Shown here piece after piece: positions 53,104 through 64,000 of a DNA stretch of 64,000 nucleotides (positions are counted from its first letter, which is position 1; every line of letters begins with the position of its first letter). A program made the translations under genes and the position numbers. Source of the stretch: Chiloscyllium plagiosum (Eukaryota); assembly GCF_004010195.1 (NCBI RefSeq), contig NC_057719.1, forward strand, positions 6,358,561-6,422,560, in the 5' to 3' direction. The notes under the pieces are model-generated. The model saw only the letters and a program-made list of their open reading frames with translations, was not told the origin of the DNA and searched no databases.

Positions 53104-54929
53104 CCTTAGGGCCTTATTTGATTTTAGTTTCCTAAACCTCACATATGCTTTCTTTTCCTTTTTTGACTAAACTTTCAATATCTCCTGTTATCCAGGGTTT
53201 TTGAATCTTGTTATCCTTATCTTTCATCTTTGCAGAAACATGCTACTCCTGAACTCTGATCATCTGGCCTTTAAAAGATTTGCAGATGACAATGATAGAT
53301 TTACCCTCAAACAGCCACCCCCAATCTAATTTCTCCAATTCCTGCTTAATGCTGTTGCAATTAGCCTTCCTCCAATTTAACACTTTCACCTGAGGACCAG
53401 TCTTATCCTTACCCATAGCTATTTTAAACTTATGGGATTACAATTACTGTTCCTGAAATGCTCTCCCACTGGAACTTTGATCACCTGGCCAGACTCCTTC
53501 CCAAGTGCAGGTATAATACTGTCCCTTGTTGAGTTGGACTATCTACACATTGTTTCACCTGGTCCCATGTACCAATCCAGGCTCTAAGTTCATCTTCCTT
53601 AACTGTTACTCTATTTGCATTGGAATAAATACACCTCAGACTGCCAGTCCCACCTGGCCCTGCCTGCTCTTCCTATTGGACTGACTTGATTTAACCTCCA
53701 CCTTATTTTCAATTACTCCACGTGTTGACCTGATGCTCTGGTTCCCAGCCCCTGCCACACTAGTTTAAACCCTCCTGAGTGACATGAACAATATCCTGCC
53801 AGGATATTAGTGGCCCTCCAGTTTAGGTGTAACCCGTCCTTCTTGTACAGGTCCCTCCTGCCCTGGAAGAGATCCTAATGATCCAGATATCCTGCATCAA
53901 TTAGGGATGGATGGCAAATGCCGGGCCAACCAGTTAAGGCCACATCCCCGAATTCATTTTTAAAAATTCCACACCTTTTAGAATGTTAAAATAGATTTAA
54001 AATTCTGTAACCAGGTATGGTCATCACTGGAAAAGTTAGCATTTATTGCCTGTCCCTAGTTGCCCTTGAGAAGGTGGGGGTGAGCTGCAGTCCACATGCT
54101 GTGGGTTGACCCACAATGTCCTGAGGTGGAGTTTCTGGATTCTGACCCAGTGACAGTGAAGGTCTGCTGACCTTGTCCTTCTACATGGGTTGTGGTCATA
54201 GTCATGTTGTTTAAGAATCTTTGGTGAATTTCTGCAGCAGACCTTGTAGATAGTACACATTGCTGCTACTGAGTGTCAGTGGCAGAGGGAGTAGGTGTTT
54301 GTGGATGTGGTGCCAATCAAGCGGCTGCTTTGTCCTGGATGGTGTCAAGCTTCTTGAGTGCTGTTGGAGCTGCACCCATCGAGGTAAGTGGAGAATATTC
54401 CATCACAATCCTGATCTGTGCCTTATAGATGGTGGACAGGCTTTAGGGAGTCAGGAAGTGAATTAACTGCTGCAGATTTTCCAGCCAGAATATTCTAACT
54501 ACAGATCTAATCAAGCGTGCAATGGGATCATCATGTCCAAAAGTTCGCATCACACTGCATCCTCTTGAGACAGGAAAGCAGGATTTTCACATCCTTATGA
54601 ATGAATTGTCCTTTGAAGAAGTCTATACAGCACAAAAACAGACCTTTTGGTCTAACTTGTCCACACTGATCAAGTTTCCTAAACTAATTGCTTGTGTTTA
54701 GCTCTTATCCCTCTAAACCTTTCCTATTCATTTATCCGTCCAAATGCCATTTAAATATTGTAACTGTACCTGCCTCTACCACTTCCTCTGGCAGTTCATT
54801 CGACATACTGGCTGGCCTCTGTGTTTGCTCCATTAACTCCAGGAAGCTCAGGTTCTAGGTTTTAGTTGAACCCCACTCACCGAAGGAAATAGTTTCTCTC
54901 TGTCCGCTCCATTCTGTCTTGATGGCCAT

Positions 54930-55476
54930 GGTTCGAATCCAGCCTCGGGCAACTGTCTGTGTGGAGTTTGCACATTCTCCCTGTGTCTGTGTGGGTTTCC
55001 TCCGGGTGCTCTAGTTTCCTCCCACGGTCCAAGGATGTGCAGGTTAGGTGGATTGGCCACGCTAAATTGCCCATAGTGTTAGGTGCATTAATCAAGGGAG
55101 ATGGGTCTGGGTGAGTTACTCTTCGGAGGATCGTTGTGGACTAGTTGCACGCTGTGGGGAATCTAATCTAAAAACAAGCATCTAACTATCGTGGGTGGCA
55201 TGGTGGCACAGTGGTTAGCACTGCTGCCTCGCAGTGCCAAGCGTCCCGGGTTCAATTCCTGCCTCAGGCGACTCTCTGTGTGGAGTTTGCACATTCTCCC
55301 CGTGACTGCGTGGGTTTCCTCCAAAAATGTGCAGGTTAGGTGAATCGGCCATGCTAAATTGCCTGTGGTGTTAGGTGAAGGGGTAAAGGTGTTAGGTGAA
55401 TGGGTTTGGGTGGGTTACGCGTTGGTGTGGACATGTTGGGCTGAAGAGCCTGTTTCCACACTGTAAGTAATCTAAT
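54930..55476 (+). mobile_element. Two tandem HE1-like SINEs (54930-55170 and 55191-55476)
   Basis: V core and (taatc)n tails. Confidence 0.88.
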
Positions 55477-55844
55477 GATTGTCAATCAGTACATGAGCTG
55501 ATTATTATTATGTTAACTGTTATGTAGTCTTACTTTATTTTTCTCTTTGATTAAGTTATGTTTCAATCATATTTTCTTTTCCTTATCCTCTATGGCATGT
55601 GGATGGGGCTGGCAGGCCAGCATTGCCTGTCCCTAATTACCCCGGGATTGAGTTGAGTATTTCAGAGAAATAGATGAACACCCATTGCTGTGGGTCTGAA
55701 GTCACACTGAGGTCAGACTGGGGACGGATAGCAGATCCCCTTTCCTTGAAGGGCATTGGTTAACCATCTTATAACTTTGGATCCCAGTGTCACGAGCATC
55801 TTATGATGTAGTGGTTGTATCCACCTGAACCATTTGAGATGTCA

Positions 55845-56715
55845 TAGAGTCATAGAGATGTACAGCATGGAAACAGACCCTTCAGTCCAACTCGTCCATG
55901 CTGACCAGATATCCTAAATTAATCTAGTCTCATTTGCCACCACCCAGCCCATATCCCTCTACACCCTTCCTATTCATAGTCTCATCCAGATGACTTTTAA
56001 ATGTTGTAATTGTACCAGCCTCCACCACTTCCTCTGGCAGCTCATTCCATACATGCACCACCCTCTGTGTGAAAACGTTGCCCTTTAGGTCTCTTATATA
56101 TCTTTCCCCTCTCACCCTAAACCTATGCCCTCTAGTTCTGGATTCCCCAATCCCAGGAAAAAGACCTTTTCTATTTATCTATCCATGCCCCTCATAATTT
56201 TGTAAACCTCTATAAGGTCACCCCTCAGTCTCTGATACTCCAGGGAAAACAGCCCCAGCCTGTTCAGCCTCTCCCTGTTGCTCAAACCCTCCAACCCTGG
56301 CAACGTCCTTGTAAATCTTTTCTGAACCCTTCCATGTTTCACAACATCTTTCCGATAGGAAGGAGACCAGAATTGCACATAATATTCCACAAGTGGCCTC
56401 ACCAATGTCCTGTACAGCCGCAACATGACCTCCCAACTCCTGTACTCAATGCTCTGACTAATAAAGGAAAGCATACCAAACGCCTTCTTCACTATCCTAT
56501 CTACCTGCGACTCCACTTTCAAGGAGCTATGAACCTGCACTCCAAGGTCTCTTTGTTCAAAGTCTCTTCCCAGGACCTTACCATTAAGTGTATAAGTCCT
56601 GCTCTGATTTGCTTTTCCAAAATGCAGCACCTTGCATTTATCTAATTTAAGCCCCATCTGCCAGTCCTCAGCCCATTGGCCCATCTGATCAAGATCTGTT
56701 GTACACTGAGGTAAC
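55845..56715 (-). mobile_element. CR1 LINE 3' fragment
   Basis: ORF 56175..56732(-) with CR1 ORF2 C-terminal motifs. Confidence 0.9.
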
Positions 56716-57619
56716 CTTTGCCTTGGCATCAATCCTGCTTCTTGACGTTGGTCGAACAGCTCAGCTGTGGTTTGTGATGCAATGATGAAGTGGATTCAAT
56801 TCCTGCACCAGCTGAAGTTACCATTGAAGGTCTTACCTTCTCAACATCTTCCCTTGCTTGAGGTGTGCTGACCCTCAGGTTAAACCACCACCAGGTCTCT
56901 CTCCCTCTCTCTCTCTCTAATGACAGTGACTCTATGGTGGTTTTATCTCATCGAGTCTGAATTACTGCTGCTGGATGGGAAGTGATGTCCATACAGTCTG
57001 TGGCAGGAGATAGATTTAATCTTGATAAACAGTGTGGGTTTATTGCATGTACTTACCAGCTATTACTTTGCATTTGCGTTCGAGAGCTCATGATTAAGTC
57101 GTAAGGATTTGCTCAAAGGTATGTTCACATTTCTGCAATTGACTTGTGCATTGGTAACTGGTTAGCTTCTCCCAGGATCAGTCCTCTGTATCCTGACGGG
57201 TCAAGTTTATCTCACGATCTCCATGAACCCTTTCAGACACATATTGCCTGATGCAAAAAGTCAAATTGATTTTTACAATACTTGGTGATAGAGATTAGTT
57301 TCAAAATGCCCCATTTCACAAATTTAATTCAAATTCCACCATAGCATTAGCCTGCACCCCAGATTATTACCTCCCTGGTCTCATCACTGTCATGCTTCAT
57401 GACAAAGATATTGCACCTCGTTCCAGGCAATGAAGGACAGGGTGTTGTGTGTGTGACAATGGCTAGCTGAATCCAAGCAGGCTGGAGACAATCAGTTTCT
57501 GTTAAACCGAGAACATTCAAGTACCATCAAGTAAGAAGTGTTGTTTATCGACCTTGAATCTATTAAATGTTGAATGCTTGAATGCTGCAAACATGATCCA
57601 TTTTACAAAATGTTACAAT

Positions 57620-58075
57620 ACAAGCTATTCCAGTACAGTTACAAAACCAGTATCTACTCGACAATGTGGGACATTGCCCAGGTGTGTCCCAGCCAAAATG
57701 CAGAACAAATCCAGCCCGGCCAATTCCTGCCCCATCGGTCTACTCTCGATCATCAGTAAAGTGATGGAAGGGGGTGATCAACAGTGCTATCCAGCAGCAT
57801 CTGCTCAGCATTAACCTGCTCAGTGACGCCCAGTCTGGGTTCTGCCAGGGCTACCCAGCTCCTGATCGCATTGGTTCAAACATGGACCAAAGGAGCCGAA
57901 TTCCAGAGGGGAGGGGAAAATGTCAGTCAAGACTAGATTCGACTGAGTGTGGTATCAAGGAGCCTGAGCAAACCTAGAGTCAGTGTGTATCAGGGGGCAA
58001 ACTCTCCTCTGCTTGGAGTCATACCTGACACACAGGAAGATGGTTGATGTTGTTGAAGGTCAGTCATCTCAGCAC
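57620..58075 (+). mobile_element. RT fragment of the second LINE family
   Basis: PANSCPIGLLSIISKVME...LLSDAQSGF. Confidence 0.7.
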
Positions 58076-58599
58076 CGGTAGGATTTAGACCACAAGACCA
58101 TGAGACTTAGGAGCAGAGTTCAGTAATTCAGCCCATCGAGTCGACTCCACCATTTGATCACAGTTGATACATTTCTCATCTCCATTCTCCTGCCTTTTCC
58201 TGTGACTCTTGATCCCCTTATCTCTCTAAAAGTCACTCAATGACTTGACCTCCACAGCCGTCTACGACAATGAGTTCCACAGCTTCACTGGCCACTGACT
58301 GAAGGAATACCACTGCCCAATCTTACCATCTTCCTTGTCCTTCTCCTCAAATATTCCAAGTGTTGACCTGATGCTCTGGTTCCCACCCCCTGCCGTACTA
58401 GTTTAAACCCTCCCGAGTGGCACGAACAAACCTCCCTGCCAGGATATTGGTGGCCCTCCACTTTAGGTGTAACCCATCCTTCTTGTACAGGTCCCTCCTG
58501 CCCTGGAAGAGATCCCAATGATCCAGATATCCTGCATCAGTTAGGGACAGACGGTAAATGTCGGGCCAACCAGTTAAGGCCATGCCTCTAGGAAACACT

Positions 58600-59168
58600 T
58601 CATAGGACAAACAGGAAGACAGCTAATGATCCGCATCCATGAACACCAACTAGCCACGAAACGACACGACCAGCATCCTTAGTAGCCACACACTCAGACG
58701 ACAAGCAACATGAGCTCGACTGGGACAACACTACTATAATAGGACAAGCCAAACAGAGAACAGCCAGGGACTTCCTAGAGGCATGGCACTCATCCACAGA
58801 TTCAATCAATAAGCACATCGACTCGACTGGGACAACACTACTATTATAGGACAAGCCAAACAGAGAAAAGCCAGGGAATTCCTAAAGGCATGGCACTCAT
58901 CCACAGATTCAATCAATAAGCACATCGACCTGGACCCAATAAACCGACCACTGCAAAGGACAGCTGGAACTGACAACCGGAAGCGGCAGATTCAAACCAC
59001 TACAAATGGTGGAGGAAAGATCACCGAAGCGCTTCACAGGAGGCTCCCAAGCACCGAGGATGTCACCTAGACAGGGGACAAAACGTCTGCAACACAAATT
59101 CCCAGCTCGGCGAACAGAACCATAACAACGAGCGCCTGAGCTACAAATCTTCTCACAAACTTTGAAAA
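58600..59168 (+). mobile_element. Penelope-like element, second subfamily, with about 105-bp internal duplication and a decayed hammerhead at 59051-59090
   Basis: IGQTGRQL..IHEHQLA; gca-CCGAGGA-t-gtcacc-tagaca-ggggac-AAAA-cgtc-tgc. Confidence 0.82.
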
Positions 59169-59583
59169 TACGAATTGCCAAACAAAATCATCTTCAGGGC
59201 ACCCAAGGTATGAGAACCCAGTAAATAATGGGACGGAAACAGTTGGGATGTAATTTGTTTTGGTTCGAAAGTCTCAGATGGTGATTCCTAGAAAAGTTTG
59301 GTAGACCATTGCCGAAAAAAAGGGAATCTGATTGGAACCAGCTGAAAGTCAAATGTAATGGAATAAACCCCCGCCCACCCCCCCCCCCCCCCCCCAACCC
59401 AACCAGGCACAGTTTCTGGTGCTATCTATGGGTTTGTGCGTGGGTTAAGGAAACAGGGATTGTAAAACTAAGAGAATTTGAAAGATTTGAGTGAGAAGTT
59501 TCTCCTTACCTCACTCTTAAGTGGCCAATTTCTTATGTTGAGTCTGTGAACTCACATTGTTGATATGAGCACACAAATGTTTG

Positions 59584-59870
59584 ATTAGATTAGATTAGAT
59601 TCCCTACAGTGTGGAAACAGGTTCTTCGGCCCAACCAGTCCACACCGACCCTCCAAAGAGTAACCCACCCAGACCCATTTCCCTCTGATTAATGCACCGA
59701 ACACTATAGGCAATTTAGCATGGCCAATTTGCCTGACACGCACATCTTTGGACTGTGGGAGGAAACCCACGCAGACATGGGGAGAACGTGCAAACTCCAC
59801 ACAGACAGTCATCCAAGGCTGGAATTGAACCCGGGACCCTGGCACGGTGATGCAGCAGTGCTGACACTGC
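59584..59870 (-). mobile_element. HE1-like SINE, head truncated
   Basis: (attag)n tail and V core. Confidence 0.88.
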
Positions 59871-59969
59871 AGTACAGCCCCAAGGGTTTTGACCGAGATC
59901 TGATTGGGTCTCCTGTGTGGAATTGAATGTTGCTGGGGTTTCATTTTGAAGAAGGTGGAGCAGTTGCTG

Positions 59970-60385
59970 AGGATGACACAAAGAATCAGCAGAGGGATAT
60001 GGACAGGTTAAATGAGTGGAATATAATTTGGGAAAACGTGCTGTAATGCACTTTGGCAGGAAGACCAGAGCTATCTGCTCTTAGTAGGAGAGTCTAGGAC
60101 CAGAGGACGTAACCTCGGAATACGGGCCCGCATGTTTAAGACAGAGATGAGGAGGAATTTCTTCTGTCAGTGAATTGTGAATCCGTGGAATTCTTTATCA
60201 CAGAGTTGGGTTATTACATTCAAGATTGAGATGGACAGATTTTTAATCAGTGAGGGAATCCAATGGTTAGGGTGAGAAGGCAGGAAAGTGGAGTTGAGGA
60301 TTATCAGATCAGCCCAAGATCCCATTGAATGGTGCAGCAGACACAATGGGCTGAATGGCCTACCTCTGCGATTATGTCACATGGT
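59970..60385 (+). mobile_element. Decayed CR1 3' fragment
   Basis: gagatgaggaggaatttcttc...ccgtggaattcttta; tail ggctgaatggcctacctctg. Confidence 0.7.
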
Positions 60386-61119
60386 CCAAAAGCCGGAAAG
60401 TTATCCTCAGTGTCCTGGTCAATATATATCCCTCAATCAATATGACTTAGAAAACAAGAAATGATCTGGTCATTTTCATATTTGTGACTATGGAATCTTC
60501 CTGTGCACAAATCATTGCATTTCCTGCGCTGTCACTTGCTGCGCTGTCACTTGCTGCGCTGCCACTTCCTGCACTTCCAAAATGCCCCTTGACTGTAAAG
60601 CTCTTTGGGACATCTCATGCCCATGAGAGGCACTATAGAAATGCAAGTAGAACATTACCATGACTACAGATTCCATTCTTCATGATAAAGATACGATGCT
60701 TATTGTAAAGGTACTGAATAGCAACCAGACTTACATCCCCACAGTCGTTAAGACTGAGATTAACCACAGTGTGATAGAGAAGCCCTATAATTAGCTCCAA
60801 TGATGTCCGTACACAGAATTTTGTGTTATATCAGTTAGTGAAACTCACATAGTAATTCAATGTGACACCACACCATCCTATTAGCGACAAACAGCACAGC
60901 TGATATTAGTCTTCTCAGAGAATATTGCTTCAAAATAAATCACTGCAGCAGTATCCAGCATCTCGACTCATACTGTTCTTCTGAGATTTGAGCTCTGAAG
61001 AAGTGAATTCAAAGCAGCATTTTTGTCTTCCGCTGTGCGTTATTTTCAGAGCGTGTGCTAATTGTCTGTCTGTGCAATCTTACAACTAGTCATAGACCCA
61101 GACAAAATGAACACATTCA

Positions 61120-61640
61120 GTAGAGTCATAGAGGCATCGCGTTGTACAGCATGGAAACAGGCCCTTCGGTCCAACTCGTCCACGCTGACCAGATATCATT
61201 CATTAATCTAGTCCCATTTGCCAGCACTTGACCCACAACCCTCTTAAACCCTTCCTATTCATATACCCATCCAGATGCCTTTTAAATGTTGCAATTGTAC
61301 CAGCCTCCACCACTTCCTCTGGCAGCTCATTCCATACACGTACCACCCTCTGCGTGAAAATGTTGCGCCTTAGGTCTCTTTTATGTCTTTCCCCTCTCAC
61401 CCTAAACCTATTCTCCCTAGTTCTGGACTCCCCACCCAAGGGAAAAGACCTTGACCATTCACCCTATCCATGCCCCTCATAATTTTATAAACTTCTATAA
61501 GGTCACCCCTCAGCCTCTGACGCTCCAGGGAAAACAGCCCCAGCTTATTCAACCTCTCTCTATAGCTCAAACCCTCCAACCCTGGCAACATCCTTGTAAA
61601 TCCTCTCTGAACCCTTTTGTGTTTCACAACATCCTTCCTA
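61120..61640 (-). mobile_element. CR1 LINE 3' fragment
   Basis: ORFs 61203..61439(-) and 61397..61657(-). Confidence 0.9.
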
Positions 61641-62047
61641 TGACGTGGCATCCACAACTAGACACAGTAACAGAAGGTTTTAGACATTGGTAGACATTGT
61701 GGTGAGCACACACTTTCCTGTGCCATCTTGTCCTGGAATGGGAATTAAAGCCAGACTCTCTGGCCCAGGCAGTGCTATTGCCCACTGTTCCACAAATCCT
61801 CTGGTCATTTGGGTTCATTGGAAGTGAAACAGTGAGAACTGTCCAAAAGACACTGAGTCAATATCAGCTGGATTGCATGATCACCTTCAAGGCCAGTAGA
61901 TCCCTATGGTGCATGTAGTGTCAACGTGAGCATGATTTACAACTAGCAACGAGAAGGAAGCTTCTCTTCCCCAATTGCTTTTGCATTATGAATGAATACA
62001 GAACATTTGTGCTTTCAGAATAATGCTTTTGTTTTCTAAATGGAATT

Positions 62048-62292
62048 AGGGCAGCACAGTGGCTCAGTGGTTCACACTGTTGCCTCATAGCAGCAGGGAC
62101 CTGGGTTCAATTCCAGCTTTGGGTGACTGTCTGTGGAGTTTGCATGTTCTCCCTGTGTCTGTGTGGGTTTCCTCTCACAGTCCAAAGATATGCAGGTGAC
62201 CATGGGAAATGTAGTGTTATAAGGATGGGGTGGGATGCTCTTTGGAGGGGCAATATGGATTTGATGGGCTGAATGGCCTGTTTCCACACTGT
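62048..62292 (+). mobile_element. HE1-like SINE with internal deletions
   Basis: gggcagcacagtggctcagtggtt...gggttcaattcc...tttccacactgta. Confidence 0.85.
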
Positions 62293-64000
62293 AGAGGTTG
62301 TATTTTGTGCCAAAATTCTTGACCCAACATTTCCACCGTTCTCCTTCCTTGTCAGTTTCCCAACTTCCATGTGTTTTGGCTTATCCAAGACTCAGTTTCC
62401 TTCCCTAAAGGAAATTAATGAACCAGATGGGTATTTCCTGACAACTGGAAACAAATTCATGGTCAACTTTTGACTCTTAGCTCTAGATTTTTGTTTAAAA
62501 ATTGAATCTATCTTCCATGGCAGAATTCAAATCCAGGACTCAAACCTTAGTGGGAATATCATGAGGCCATCACCTTCCCATTCCTGTGGTACGACCCAGT
62601 GACACCGAAGGATTCCATGTGGAAGATAAAGTCTCAGCGACCATCAAACTATTGATGCTTATTGCGAAAGCGCATCTTTTCGTTTCAGGGGAAAAAATAT
62701 GTGCCAATCTCACTTGATCTGGCCTACATGTGACTCCAGACCCACAGCAGCGTGTTTGACTCTCTAGCGCCCTCTGAGAAATCAGGAACGGGCAGGAAAA
62801 CGTTGGTCTAGCTAGTGACCGCCACATCCCATGAAGGAACAACTGAAAGAAAGCACATCTTTTTGATGGAGATTTTGTTCTTCATTGGTATGGAATGCAG
62901 GTTTTTCTTCTTTGAAGATATTTCCTGACATTAAAGTACACATAACTGCAACATTGATTAATTCATCTGGTGTAGCCAGTTTATCTGGGTCAGAGACACC
63001 ACTGTTGTACAGATAGGAAGTCTACTCCTCAAGGTGAATTTTTTTCGATTTCAACTGTTGCAATTAAATGGATTTCCTATCAGTTTAAATTAAAGTTCAG
63101 AAAGCGGCTGCTTTTTAAGAGATCAGAAGGATTCTTAGATCCCCCCACGTTCAGATTTATAGTTGATTGAAAGAGTTGATGACTGTATTTTTGTGAATTT
63201 TTAAAGACATTGACAGGATATAGATGCCACTGGCTGGGCCAGCATTTACTGCCCATCTCTCGTTGCCCTTGAGAAGGTGATGGTGAACTGTCTTGTGGAT
63301 ACCCCCATGATGCTGTTAGGGAGGGATTTCCAGCCATAATTGATCCAATGATACTGAACGAACAGCAATTAATTTCCAAGTCAGGGTGGTGAGTTGGAAG
63401 GGTACTCGCTGGTGCTGCTGGCCCCAATTTTTAATTGGTATAAGTTAAAGCACAGAAACAGGCCATTCGGCCTACTGGGGCAATACTATTGCTTACGTTC
63501 CACATGAACTTCCACTTAATTGAATTCTGTCAACACAAGTCCATTCGCATTATAGCACGACGCTATAAATGCTGAAAATCTAAAGGAAAAACAAAAACTG
63601 CTGGAAATATTCAGCAGGTCTGAGGCGCCTGTAGAGAGAGGAACAGAATGAATGTGAGGAATCTGCTGGCCTCTGCCCTGGTAAAACAGGTGAGTGGCGG
63701 GTTTCATGGCCACCTGGACTGTAGGGTGGCAATGCTCTCTTTAAACCTATGCCAGGGAAACCCAAGGCAATTGAGGCCCTTAAGTGGGTAATTGTGGCCT
63801 AACCACTTGGCCGAATCGTTGGGAAATAGACTAATGTGAATCAGCAGACACCATTTTTAAAGTTCCTCGTGGACTGTTGGGTTGTCTAGTTGCCCACTTC
63901 ATGTGTTCCCATCTTCTTAAAGGCTCTCTAATTATTCCAGGAGGCTTATCACATCTGAATGATATGGTTGACTTTTGACTGGCCTTTGAGGTGGTCAAAT

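Larger units (their letters stand above)
49990..53890 (-). mobile_element. Older CR1 LINE hosting two HE1 SINEs and a Penelope element
   Basis: LEYCAQFWSP, DFIKAFDKVPH, GVLQGSVLEP motifs; ORF1 end near 53740-53890. Confidence 0.82.

Overview
Vertebrate (elasmobranch/shark-type, inferred from HE1-like SINEs and HER1/CR1-like LINEs) genomic DNA with four N-gaps. The left 16.4 kb carries nine internal coding exons of PSMC1 (26S proteasome AAA-ATPase Rpt2/S4) on the minus strand. All visible splice sites are GT-AG and the exons join in frame (1185 nt, about residues 2-396). The ATG exon and the last exon are not visible. The rest of the window is a dense, nested stack of dead retroelements: CR1 LINEs, HE1/V-type tRNA SINEs, Penelope-like elements (PLEs), two solo LTRs, and a decayed Ty3/Gypsy relic with Gmr1-type PR-IN-RT-RH order. 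The most interesting signal is non-coding. The PLE termini and three unrelated short non-coding repeat families all contain the same minimal type-I hammerhead ribozyme fold: helix I - CTGANGA - helix II - GAAA - a 4-nt palindrome (ACGT/AGCT) replacing helix III - NUH - helix I'. Compensatory helix changes occur between families, several copies are head-to-head palindromes, and several have clear target-site duplications. This suggests a PLE-driven system of tiny retrozyme-like mobile RNAs. Everything was read by eye; no database searches were run.
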